Shown here one piece after another: positions 17,456 through 28,300 of a stretch of 64,000 nucleotides of DNA. Numbering within the stretch: position 1 is the first letter of the stretch; each line of letters begins with the position of its first letter. Source of the DNA: an uncultured Planctomycetia bacterium (GTDB lineage Bacteria; Omnitrophota; Gorgyraeia; 2-02-FULL-51-18). Made by a program: the position numbers and the translations under genes. The stretch is from assembly GCA_964606485.1 (NCBI GenBank), contig CAZSGP010000001.1:97085-161084 (forward strand), written 5' to 3'. The notes under the pieces were generated by a model. It worked only from the letters and a program-made list of their open reading frames with translations, was not told where the DNA came from and searched no databases.

Positions 17456-18191
17456 TCATTGGATTGAAGCGATTGAAGCGGATCAAGCGTATCGCGAGAT
17501 TTCCGTTTCTGATCTGCAACGACTGGTGAGCCAGGCAAAAAAGCGTTACCAGTTTTATCGTACTCTTAAAAGATATGTGCAGGCTGGCGATTGCGCCCTC
17601 GAAGTCGGGTGCGGTTGGGCTATTTCTAGTTTTGCTTTGGCGGAGGACGGGGCTTTGGTGATGGCGATGGATCTTTCTCCGAGACTCATTGAAAATTTGC
17701 GCAAAGTACAGGCCGAGTGGGGAGCGCCATACAGTGAAGTGATGAATTTTGAGTGTGCCGATATTCGCTCGCTTTCCAAGGCGGATAAACGTTTCGATGT
17801 GGTGTTTAGCGACGGGCTTTACGAGCATTTTTTAGATCCAGCAGAGAGAAGCGCAATGCTGAATAATTGCCGCACCCTCCTCAAAAGTCAGGGGAAGCTA
17901 TTAATCGCAGTGCCGAATTTAAAAAATCCATTTTTTGGAGGAGTTGTGAGTTCCAAGATGCCGGATATGGCATGCCTGAGTGTTGAGGATTTAAGGAGTG
18001 AGCTTCGAAGTGCTGGTTTTCAAATTCTCGAGACCGGATACTCTTTTGTAAACCCTGGATTTAGCCAGTGGCTTCAAGGAGCTTGGATGAAGCCTTTTGT
18101 GAAGGGCGCAGATTTTTTATACGAATTTATTCCAATGAATTTAAAGAGGATTGTAGCGGCGCATATTTATTGTGTCGCACAAAAAAAATAA
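17418..18191 (+). CDS. Class I SAM-dependent methyltransferase
   Basis: Motif I LEVGCGWAIS. Post-I acidic residue in MAMDLS. FSDGLYEHF motif. Confidence 0.65.
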   Translation: MRVKNIKSQKRPSHWIEAIEADQAYREISVSDLQRLVSQAKKRYQFYRTLKRYVQAGDCALEVGCGWAISSFALAEDGALVMAMDLSPRLIENLRKVQAEWGAPYSEVMNFECADIRSLSKADKRFDVVFSDGLYEHFLDPAERSAMLNNCRTLLKSQGKLLIAVPNLKNPFFGGVVSSKMPDMACLSVEDLRSELRSAGFQILETGYSFVNPGFSQWLQGAWMKPFVKGADFLYEFIPMNLKRIVAAHIYCVAQKK

Positions 18192-18192
18192 C

Positions 18193-18591
18193 ATGATTCG
18201 TCAAATTACTCACAACAATACCTTGATTGCGATGATTCTGAGTGCGGATCACTCGAAGCCGGGCCTCGAATTTTTTACGACACCCGACTTAAGTCTTCAA
18301 GTGGGCTACATGAAACATCCGGCGGGGCACAAGATTAAGCCGCATATCCATTATCCCGTTCCCCGAACGGTGACTTACACGCTCGAGGCGCTATTTGTAA
18401 AATCGGGGCGCATTCGGGTCGGATTTTATTCGGACGCAAAAGAACAGATTGGTAGTGAAATCCTCGAGAAAGGCGATTTTATCCTTCTCGTATCCGGAGG
18501 GCACTCATTTGAATTTTTGGAAGGCGGGGAGATGATTGAAGTTAAGCAAGGCCCGCACTTTTTACCCGATAAAGACCGTGAAAAATTCTAA
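18193..18591 (+). CDS. Cupin-fold protein, possibly a WxcM/FdtA-like sugar 3,4-ketoisomerase
   Basis: About 130 aa with His-rich beta-barrel motifs (HKIKPHIHYP...G.....E). Sits in a sugar-nucleotide gene context. The likely start is ATG 18193 rather than 18172. Confidence 0.45.
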   Translation: MIRQITHNNTLIAMILSADHSKPGLEFFTTPDLSLQVGYMKHPAGHKIKPHIHYPVPRTVTYTLEALFVKSGRIRVGFYSDAKEQIGSEILEKGDFILLVSGGHSFEFLEGGEMIEVKQGPHFLPDKDREKF

Positions 18592-19759
18592 TAAATTTAT
18601 CCCAGTTTGCCAGCCTCTGTTTTTAGGGGATGAAGTCTCTTATGTCCAAGAGGCCGTCAATTCTACGCACGTCTCCTCAGGACCTTTTGTGGAGGAATTT
18701 GAAAAACGCTTTAGCCGTTATTGCGGAGCACGGCACGGGATTTCAGTCACAAGCGGTACCACGGCACTTCATTTGGCACTTCGGTCTCTGGATATTGGTC
18801 CGGGCGATGAGGTGATTGTTCCGGATTTTGCTATGGGAGCGGTTCTTTTTGCGGTGCTTTACTGCGGCGCGAAGCCCGTGATGGTAGATGTTGAGCGCGA
18901 CACCTGGAATATTAATCCGCAAGCAGTAGCGTCTAAAATTAGCCACAAAACCAAAGCGATCATCGCAGTTCACACCTATGGGCATCCTTGCGATATGGAC
19001 GCCCTTACAAAATTAGCTAAAAAAAATAATTTAAAGGTGGTGGAAGATGCGGCCGAGGCCCATGGTGCCACATACCGCGGGCAGCGGGTCGGATCGCTAG
19101 CAGATGTTGCGACATTTAGTTTTTACGCAAACAAAATAATCACCACCGGCGAAGGGGGAATGGTTTTAACGAACAACGCAGGGATTTCGAGACGTTGCCG
19201 TTTACTTCGAAATCTATGTTTTTCACCAAAAGGACCCCGTCATTTCAATCACGAGGGTTTAGGGTTTAATTACCGATTCACAAACCTGCAGGCTGCACTC
19301 GGGCTTGCGCAATTAAAAGATATTGAAAAACGAGTTCGTTTGAAGCGTGCGGTTGCTGAGCGTTATTTGGATGAGCTTGGACAGATTTCTTCTATTCTCT
19401 GTCCGACCGAAAAAGATTACGCTAAAAACGTTTTCTGGATGTTTGGAATTGTTTTAAAAAGCGCGGGTTCCAATAAGATTCGAGATAAAATTTGCCGGAA
19501 TCTTTTAAGTCTGGGCATCGAAACTCGCCCGTTTTTTTACCCGCTAAGACTTCAAAAGGCGCTTCCTGAAAAATACCGTCCCGCGCGGTCTCAAAAATTT
19601 CCGGCCTCGGATTTTCTATCGCAAAATGGATTTTATTTGCCTTCGAGCCCGGGGCTCTCGAGGGTTGAGCAGCACAGGGTCTGCGAGGGTCTTAAACGGG
19701 TGCTAAAGGATTTCAATTTGAATCCGGCGAATACCAGAATTGCTCGAATTGTAAATTGA
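18578..19759 (+). CDS. DegT/DnrJ/EryC1/StrS-family PLP-dependent sugar aminotransferase, copy 1 (perosamine-synthase-like in this context)
   Basis: IPVCQPLFLGDE...SGPFVEEFEKRFS...VTSGTTALHLAL...FSFYANKIITTGEGG (PLP-lysine region). ORF-track start is 18536. GTG 18578 gives a canonical N-terminus. Confidence 0.85.
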   Translation: MKNSNKFIPVCQPLFLGDEVSYVQEAVNSTHVSSGPFVEEFEKRFSRYCGARHGISVTSGTTALHLALRSLDIGPGDEVIVPDFAMGAVLFAVLYCGAKPVMVDVERDTWNINPQAVASKISHKTKAIIAVHTYGHPCDMDALTKLAKKNNLKVVEDAAEAHGATYRGQRVGSLADVATFSFYANKIITTGEGGMVLTNNAGISRRCRLLRNLCFSPKGPRHFNHEGLGFNYRFTNLQAALGLAQLKDIEKRVRLKRAVAERYLDELGQISSILCPTEKDYAKNVFWMFGIVLKSAGSNKIRDKICRNLLSLGIETRPFFYPLRLQKALPEKYRPARSQKFPASDFLSQNGFYLPSSPGLSRVEQHRVCEGLKRVLKDFNLNPANTRIARIVN

Positions 19760-19786
19760 CAAAAAAAAGAGCGTTTGTTAGCGTGA

Positions 19787-20086
19787 TTGAAGATGACCCA
19801 GTATCAGCTTGAGCCAAGTTCGGTGGTCCGCGCTTCTAAAGATCAAGTTTCTTGTGATTTGGAGGGGCAAAAGGCAATTTTAGATGCCAAGAGAGGCATG
19901 TATTATGGTCTTGAGGATTCCGTTGGATGCAGAGTGTGGGATTTAATCAAGACTCCTCGGCGCATCGAAGCATTGGTCCAAATTCTGTCAGAGGAGTGGG
20001 ATGTGGCTCCAAGCCGATGCGAGCAGGATCTCCTCCTTTTCTTAAGTGAGCTCTTAAAAAACGGTCTTATTGAGATACAGCCTTGA
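19787..20086 (+). CDS. PqqD-family protein (RiPP recognition element; lasso B1-like)
   Basis: 99 aa. YYGLEDSVGCRVWDLI...EALVQILSEEWDV...EQDLLLFLSELLKNGLI matches the PqqD/RRE pattern (Y.LN..G..IW.L......L...L...Y.V......D...F...L...GLI). Confidence 0.7.
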   Translation: MKMTQYQLEPSSVVRASKDQVSCDLEGQKAILDAKRGMYYGLEDSVGCRVWDLIKTPRRIEALVQILSEEWDVAPSRCEQDLLLFLSELLKNGLIEIQP

Positions 20087-22215
20087 ATCGGATAGCCAAA
20101 TTTTTTAGCCTGCCACGAGTTCGCAAAACCCTGTTTCTGAAAGCCATTTTTTTTCTATGCCTATTTAGATTGGCTCTATGGATTTTTCCTTATTCAGCCT
20201 TACAGCGCTTTTTAAAAAAAATGAAGTGCTCGAAAGAGCGCGACCGCAGTCTCGGTGAAATGCCGGTAGAAATGGTGGGATGGGCCATTGAGACGGCTAG
20301 TCGTCAAATCCCGCTTGTCGACACCTGTCTTCCTAAAGCCATGACGGCTGTTTATTTGCTAAGACGTGCCGGTAACCCCGCTGTTTTTTGTGTCGGCGTT
20401 TCCAAAGCCGCGCCGGACCGGTTTTCCGCGCATGCCTGGGTTGAAATGGATGGACGCATCGTGATTGGAAGTTCTGCGGCAGAAAAAAACTATGTTCCGC
20501 TGTTGGACATTCAGTGCCCCACGAGAGCCGTGTCTTTGGTTTTAATTTTTCTAGGAATGCAACTTTTGTCCAGCGTGGCATACGCAGTAGACTTCCCTGG
20601 TCCTCCCTCAGGAAGCGGCGCTGAGGTGGTCAGCGAAAAATTTAAAAATGAATCCGAAGAAAAATTAAAAAAGGAGCGCTGGACTCCAAAGATGAGCTTG
20701 GAAGAAGATGAGCCCGAAGAGACCGCGTCTTCGGACCAAACGGAGTTTTACATCCGCAAAATTCACCTGGAAGGCAACACGCTTATTCCTGAAAAGGATA
20801 TCCAGGGAATTTTAAGTGCTTTTGAGGAAAGAAATCAGACTATGGCTGGCTTAAATGCCGTCTGCAAAGCGCTCGAGTTGGAATTTCAAAATCGAGGATA
20901 TTTCGTGGTGGTGTACCTGCCGCCGCAGCGAATTGAAAATCAGGAAGCGATTTTGAAGATTGCCGCGTCCAAGATGGGAGAGCTACATTTGGAGGGCGCG
21001 CACTATTTTAGCCAGAAGCGCACGCTTTCCTATTGGAAAATTCCAAAGGGAGAGGTTTTGGTGTTGGATGATATTCGGACAAACGTACTACGCATGAACG
21101 AAAATCCGGACCGAAATGTGAAATTGTCTCTGAAGGCCGGGGCTGAACCCAGCACGACGGATGTTTATTTGCAGCAAACCGACGAGTACCCATTTCATAG
21201 CTCGGTTTCGCTGGATAATCAGGGCGCTAAGTTAACCGGCAAAGACCGTCCAGGGCTTAGCTTTCGGCACAATAACTTTTATGGATACGACGATGTTTTG
21301 TATGTGGGGACATCGCTAGCGACCGAGATGATGATGTTGTACGTCAACCATCAACTGCCTTTGCCCCAGTGGGGGGTGAGACTAGTGACTTACTTTAGCA
21401 GGTCTCGTGTCACACCCAAAAAAGAGTTTGAGACATTTCATTTGACCGGAGATTCAACTGACTTTGGACTGCAGATTCGGCGGTGGCTATTTGTCAATGA
21501 CCGCGCTTCACTCGAGGCGTACGCCGGTTTTAGTGTGAACGAAAAACGCACTCGCGCATTGGCGCAAGTGGTGACGCGTGACAAGCTTCGATCGCCGTCG
21601 GTGGGATTGGATTTTCAATCTGCCGATGAGGCTGGTTTTTGGAATCTGGGCGGCAGCGTGTCGACCGGATTGGCCAACAATGACGATTCGGTAGCATTGA
21701 CGAGCCGGCAAGCCGGGAGTTCATTTTCAAAAATCAGCGGACTTATTAGACGCGTTCAGCGGCTAGCAACGATGGTTACGGGCGTTCTTAGTTTGCGCGG
21801 ACAGTGGTCACCTGACAGCCTTACTCCGCAACAGCAGATTTTTATGGGGGGCGCTGATAGTGTTCGCGGTTATCCTGAAAGTGATTATGGCGGCGACTAT
21901 GGCTGCATCGGAAATGCAGAAATCCGAACCAAACCCTTTTTTATACCGGAATCGATACGGCTCATGAATTTTAAAGAGTCGCTTAAACAGCAAACGGATC
22001 TCATTTTTTTCTATGATTATGGATATGGTCATTTGGTGGATCCTTCCGACAGAGAACATCGATCCCGAAATTTAAGCAGTGTGGGTTTTGGCTTTAATTT
22101 CAATTTTCGAGACAATTTAAAAGCAATTATTAGCTATGGTTATGCCATTGGCGACCAACCCCTGACCGAATCCGGCAAGTCCCAAGTGCACTTTAAAGTC
22201 GAGAGCACATTTTAA
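20083..22215 (+). CDS. A lasso-peptide B2-like (McjB/transglutaminase-like cysteine protease) domain (aa 1-147), in frame and without a stop, followed by a complete ShlB/FhaC/HecB-type TpsB transporter (aa ~150-710) that has its own signal peptide
   Basis: N-terminal domain carries the B2 motifs DTCLPKAMTAVYLLRRAGNPA...FSAHAWVEMDGRIV (putative Cys82/His117/Asp triad). The internal signal peptide VSLVLIFLGMQLLSSVAYA|VDFP can start at GTG 20530 or ATG 20557. After it come the POTRA segment FYIRKIHLEGNTLIPEKDIQGIL and a beta-barrel ending in an aromatic-rich strand (HFKVESTF). Confidence 0.75.
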   Translation: MNRIAKFFSLPRVRKTLFLKAIFFLCLFRLALWIFPYSALQRFLKKMKCSKERDRSLGEMPVEMVGWAIETASRQIPLVDTCLPKAMTAVYLLRRAGNPAVFCVGVSKAAPDRFSAHAWVEMDGRIVIGSSAAEKNYVPLLDIQCPTRAVSLVLIFLGMQLLSSVAYAVDFPGPPSGSGAEVVSEKFKNESEEKLKKERWTPKMSLEEDEPEETASSDQTEFYIRKIHLEGNTLIPEKDIQGILSAFEERNQTMAGLNAVCKALELEFQNRGYFVVVYLPPQRIENQEAILKIAASKMGELHLEGAHYFSQKRTLSYWKIPKGEVLVLDDIRTNVLRMNENPDRNVKLSLKAGAEPSTTDVYLQQTDEYPFHSSVSLDNQGAKLTGKDRPGLSFRHNNFYGYDDVLYVGTSLATEMMMLYVNHQLPLPQWGVRLVTYFSRSRVTPKKEFETFHLTGDSTDFGLQIRRWLFVNDRASLEAYAGFSVNEKRTRALAQVVTRDKLRSPSVGLDFQSADEAGFWNLGGSVSTGLANNDDSVALTSRQAGSSFSKISGLIRRVQRLATMVTGVLSLRGQWSPDSLTPQQQIFMGGADSVRGYPESDYGGDYGCIGNAEIRTKPFFIPESIRLMNFKESLKQQTDLIFFYDYGYGHLVDPSDREHRSRNLSSVGFGFNFNFRDNLKAIISYGYAIGDQPLTESGKSQVHFKVESTF

Positions 22216-22272
22216 TTTATTGTAAGTCATTATAATTAAATAAGTTATAGATCAATAATTATTTGCTATTTA

Positions 22273-22300
22273 TTGTCAATAATGTTAATATTTATATAGT
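22273..22300 (+). promoter_or_regulatory. Candidate sigma70 promoter for tpsA (TTGTCA-16-TATAGT) inside a 117-bp, ~20% GC intergenic region
   Basis: Hexamers read directly. AGGAG at 22310-22314. Confidence 0.35.
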
Positions 22301-22332
22301 CTTAAGTATAGGAGTATATAAATAAACAGAAT

Positions 22333-25300
22333 ATGATTAATTTGTGGCGAAACTTACAATGTCATAAGCGGCGCAGCGCTCGAATCGCGGCGATGGGGAT
22401 GATGCTGATTTTTCTAGGATCTCCATGCGGACTCGTGTGGGCCTTGCCACAAGGGCAAGATGTCATTAACGGTGATGTCTCTTTCACAAATCCTGATGCC
22501 AATACACTGAATATAAATATCAACAGCGATCAATCTATCATTCAATACAACTCGTTCAATATCGCGGCCGGCGAAACGGTTAACTTCTTTATGCCATCAA
22601 CGGACGCTTTTTCTTTGAACCGCGTGGTCGCCGGCGGGGACTCACAGATTTTTGGAAATCTTTTCGCAAACGGAAATTTAATTTTGTTAAATCAAAATGG
22701 AATTAATTTTGGGGCCGCCGCACAAGTTAACGTTGGAAGTTTGATGGCTTCCACGCAAAATCTTTCGAACGTTGATTTTTTAAACAGACAGTATATTTTT
22801 GCGGGAACTGACAACAATCCAAATTCGTTTATTTCAAACGAAGGCAATATCACCACTTCAAACGGCGGCTTTGTTGTTTTAGCCGCCGACGCCATTAGAA
22901 ACACAGGAACGATCGAAGCGCCGCTAGGCACCGTTATCTTAGCCGGCGGAAAGAATGTCACAGTCAACCTGACAAACGATGGTTTGGTTAACGTGGCGAT
23001 CGACGAAGCCGTCGCTCAAAATGTTTTGGACAGTGACGGCAACCCCATCACGGACCAACTCAAGAATTCAGGGACATTGCGAGGCGCCACGGTTAAGTTG
23101 GACGCCAAGTCTGCCGCTAACATCTACCAAAGTGCTATTAACCAGGATGGCATTATTAGGGCCGATCAAGTCTCTGTTGGTCAGGATGGAATCGTCGAGA
23201 TTACCGCCAGTGGCTTGGTCAAGCTTGGGGGATCTATTGCGGCCGACCAGACAAGCGTTCAATCTGACACTAATATAACGGTAGATACGGCGCTCATCAC
23301 AAGCGGGAACACCATTTTAGCCGCAAAGAACAATATTGATGTTAATGCGAATGTAACGACAGATTCCGGAAGCCTCTCCTTCTTGGCAGATTCTGATTTG
23401 AATGGTCAGGGCGCATTCACGCAGGCTATCGGGACAACGATTAGAACAACCACATTTGGAGATATCACCATTCAAGGTTCTGGTGAGAGTGTTTTAGGAA
23501 ACATTGTTTCGGCGGGAAACATCACGCTTCAGGACGGGGGAGCTTCTGCACATTTCACCCAACTGTCTGGCTCTGTTCTGCAAAGTGGCGGATCCTTCAC
23601 GATTGATAATGGAGTTAGCTATTCCGCATCTAACGCGGTGTTAAGCATTTCAAAAGATTGGTTGAATTATGGATCGTTTGACGCTGGTTTGTCGTTAGTC
23701 AAATTAGTCGGTAGTTTGGATGCAAGCGTTATGGCAAACAATGTATTCAATGATCTCGAAATTATTGAACCGAGCAAAAATGTAGAATTTGAGGCGGGTA
23801 AAACTCAAGAAATTACGGGAACCTTAACCGTTAGTGGTCAAAATGGGAAGATGGTAAATATTCAGTCAACTAACAACGAAATCCCAGCCATCCTATCTAT
23901 TTTGGGAAATTATCGCATTGAATATGCGCAAGTCAAAAATATCACAAGCGTCAATATCCATGGACCCCCGACTGCGGGGCTTCATTTGCAAAACTTAGGC
24001 GGAAACACCGGGTGGGATTTTTCTAGTGGTGTGGTTTTTATTGGCAGTGTATCCTCAGATTGGTCGGATGCTCTCAATTGGGATGGAGGATTTGTCCCTG
24101 GAGCCTTCGATCTCGTTCGTTTTAATGCTTCCTCTGGCAGTGCTTCCTTATATATAGACACGGCAATTGCTGGTCTCTTCCTTGAGTCTGACTATACCGG
24201 AACTTTGAGCCTCGGATCGTCTACCTTAACCATTTCAGGAGATTTTTCTGTTAGAGGTGGAAATTTCCAGGCCGGAACTTCAACTGTCGTTTTTAATGAC
24301 GCCAGCCAAATTTCTCATATTCTGGGTAACAATACGTTTTACAACTTTATGTCCGTCACACCAAGTAAAGTGATTCAATTTGAAGCTGGCAAAACTCAAA
24401 CAATTTTGGGGAATTGGAAACTTGAAGGAGCGTTCGCTCAGCACGTACGTCTAGTCTCCACGGAATCGGGAAATCAATGGTTAGTGGACCCAAGAGGTAG
24501 TTATGATATCAGCTATTCCTGGGTAGAGGATTCGCATAGCTTAAGACCTGGGGATATTATCATGACAGAATCATCCAATCGTGGAAATAGTATCGGCTGG
24601 GATCCGGTCGCAACCTGGACGGGTGCTAGCAGTGCCAATTGGAATGACGCCGGAAACTGGAGCGGGTTGGGTGGAGTGACTCCGGGTATGGGCGACGATC
24701 TGTTATTTCCGGATGGAGCGGCGAATCTTTCAAATACCAATGATTTTGCGGCGGACACTCTTTTTAACTCACTGACCATTTCCGGAAGCGGCTACACGCT
24801 AGCTGGCAATTCGATCATTATTGGTGCGGGTGCGGCTGGCATCACGGATAGCAGTGCAGCGGGATCCAATACGATCAGTCTTCCTATAAAGTTCTTGGCA
24901 ACGCGCACGATCACGGTAACCGATTCTGCCACGACGCTTACGATTAGCGGCATCATTAGCGATGCGGGCGGCCTCACAAAAGAAGGCGCCGGAAAACTGA
25001 TTCTTTCGGGAGCCAACACTTACTCAGGGACAACCAAAGTCAATTATGGTGTTCTAAATATTCAAAATGCCAATGCTTTGGGAACCATCGCCGGCGGAAC
25101 TGAAGTGGTTGAGGGGGCGGGACTTCAGATACAAGGAAATATTGCGGTCGGCGCTGAAGCGCTGCTTTTAAGAGGAAACGGTTTTAGTTCTGCGGGTGCT
25201 TTGAGAAATATCAGCGGTGATAATAGTTACGGCGGCGCCATTACACTGGTTGCAGGAGGTGCTGAGATTTCATCGGATGCTGGCACGCTGACCCTAAACG

Positions 25301-28300
25301 GCGGTATCAGCGGTGCATTTCCTCTCATCGTAGACGGAGCTGGAAATGTAACTTTTGCTTCAACCCCCATCGCGACGGCAGCGGGAACGCTTACCAAAAA
25401 TGGAGCGGGTACGCTGACCTTTAATTTTACAAATACGTTCACAGGCCTTACAACGCTGAATGCCGGAACGCTTCTTTACGGAACGCACAATGCGCTTTCA
25501 ACAGGGGCCGTTACAGTTCTTGGAGGCACGTTTGATGTTGCGACATTTTCAGACAGCATCGGAACGTTGACACTCAATGGCGGAGTTGTTACCGGTTCAA
25601 CAGGCGTGTTGAGCAGTACAGCGACCTACGATGTTCGCAGTGGAACGATTAGCGCGGTACTCGGCGGTGCGGTGGGACTGACTAAAACGACGAGCGGCAC
25701 CGTCGTTCTTTCAGGGGCCAATATTTATACGGGCACAACAACGGTGAGCGCGGGTATTTTATCGGTTCAAAATAATTTAGCTCTGGGAGATATTGATGGC
25801 GCAACGACGGTGACTTCGGGAGCCACTTTGCAGATTGATGGAAATGGTCTATCGATTGCCGAAGCCATTAGCACCTTAAACGGCGTGGGTGTTGTAAGTG
25901 GTACGTCGGGTGTGGGCGCCCTAAGAAATCTTGCTAATAATAATACTTGGACCGGCGCTATTGCGCTTGGCGCGGCCTCAACTATTTACTGCGATGCAGG
26001 AACGCTCACGATTAGCACAACTGGTATTACCGGGAATACTTTTGGTTTAACCGTAGACGGCCCTGGAAATGTGACACTTAGCACCGCTCCGCTCAACACC
26101 ACAACCGGAACCTTGACTAAAAATGGTGCGGGCACCTTGACCATGCAATCATTTAATACCTACACGGGCGTCACCACAATTAATGCAGGAACGCTGGTGT
26201 TAAGCGGCAATGGAGCTTCGACTTTATCTACGTTCACCATTAACTCTGGAGCTGCGCTGACACTTGATAATAGCGGTACGACCGGAGTGGACCGCATGGG
26301 TGATACTTTGGCTGTCACGATGAACGGTGGTGATTTGAATATCATCGGTCACGGCAGTACGTACACGAATATGATCTTGGGCGCTCTGACGTTGAGCTCG
26401 GGAGAAAATACAATCACCATCACTCCAGGTGCCGCTGGGACCGGTGTAACCTTTGCAAGTTTTAGCCGCAGTGCAGGTGCCACGGCTCTTTTTAGAGGAA
26501 CGAGTTTTGGTTCTGCGCCTGGCGCCGGTGTTTCTAGCCTTTTCTTTGTGACCGAATCGGGTCTGTTGACCGGCGGCGAAGGTTCGGCCAACAGCACAAC
26601 GATCAGCATCATCGCCGGAGCGTTTGGGGACAACTCTTTATCCGGAACAGGTACGGATATGGTCACGTACAATGAAGGAAATTCCAACGGACTCAGGCTT
26701 TTAAATGGAGCGGGTTTTAGCGGGGAGTATTTGTCAAACTCCTTTACAACGACAAATGCCAATGTGAAGCTGACGGCTGCGACCAATGCCGCAACCGGAA
26801 CCATCAATTCGCTGATCATCGATTCCGGAGGCTCAATTGCGGACGCAGGAACCGCCGAGACCATTACGTTTACGACGGGAAATATTTTAAGTTTATCAGG
26901 CAATTCAGGAATTAGCGGCGCCAACACCACATTAGCATTTGGCACGGTCCAAGCATCAACACGAGTGGTAGGGGATCTGGCGATTTCAGCCGCAATCACC
27001 GGAACCGGCGGACTTGCCACTGGCGGAGCGGGCACGTTGACGTTTAGCACCGCACAAGCCTACACCGGACTCACCTCGATCAATGACACAACTTTTCTTT
27101 ATGTGATAGACAATGCTATTAGCACCGGTGCGTTGACGATCAATAACGGAATACTTAATTTATCAACCTTCTCCGATAGCGTGGCCGCGGTGATATTGAC
27201 CAGCGGTTCGATCAGCGGCTCTGGGACTTTAACCAGCACCGCAAGTTTCACCGTTTCAAGCGGGACTGTTACCGCTACTTTGAACGGCGGGGTGGCGCTA
27301 ACAAAAACGACAGTCGGAACTGTGACGCTGTCCGGAAATAATTCCTATACCGGCTTGACGACGATCAGCGCTGGCGTGCTCAAATTGGGTGCGACCGGTA
27401 GCGGTGCGAATACGCCGCTTGGGACGACCGGCGCGGGAACATCCGTGACGAGTGGCGCCGCGCTTGATTTGAATGGCTTTACACTTGCAACTGCAGAAGG
27501 ATTGACGATTAACGGAACGGGTATTGCGCTGGGCGGCGCTTTAATGAATAGCTCAGCAACTCCTGTCAGTTATAGCGGCAACATTATTCTGGGGGCCGCC
27601 TCACGCATTAATGCAAATTCGGGGACTTTAACGCTGAATGGCGGTATTTCAGGGGCGTTTGGCCTGACGGTTGGAGGAGCCGGCAATAGCACAATTTCAG
27701 GCGTAATCTCAACTGTCACTTCACTCACAAAAGATGGAACAGGCACGCTCACTCTCTCGGGTGACAACACGATGGCAGGGACTACTACCGTCAGCGTGGG
27801 AACTCTTAAACTGGGCGCAAATGGCGGCGGCACCAATACTCCACTGGGCACGACGGCGGCTGGCACGTCTGTGACGAGTGGCGCTGTGCTAGATCTCAAT
27901 GGATTTTCTTTGGGAACAACAGAAGGATTAACGATTAACGGTACCGGCATTAATGGCGGCGGCGCGCTGATCAATAGCGCAGTCGGCACTCCGACCTATC
28001 AAGGAGCTATTGCTCTCGGAAGTGCGAGCACGATTACCTCAAATAACGGAGCCATCACTTTATCGGGCGCATTTTCTGGCGCATTCGCGCTGACACTCGA
28101 TGGCACTTCCAGCGGCACCATTAGCGGCGTTGTGGGAACCGGAGCGGGAACAATCACAAAAGTTGGCACTGGCACATGGACACTTTCAAATGCGGGAAGC
28201 ACTTACACGGGCCTCACCACGATTAGTGCTGGCACTCTTAAGCTAGGAGCCAACGGTGGCGCCACCAATACCCCACTGGGCACAACAGGTGGAGCAACCG

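Noticed and set aside
19756-19784. TTGACA at 19756-19761, overlapping the DegT stop, as a promoter for the PqqD gene
   Set aside because: The best -10 candidate at the correct spacing (tagcgt) is poor. Not called.
20083-22215. Treating the 710-aa ORF as one ordinary TpsB with a long N-terminal extension
   Set aside because: The first 147 aa have the specific C/H/D motif set of lasso B2 proteases and follow a PqqD gene. A complete signal peptide plus full-length TpsB begins at residue ~150. Reported as a fusion or missing-stop question instead.
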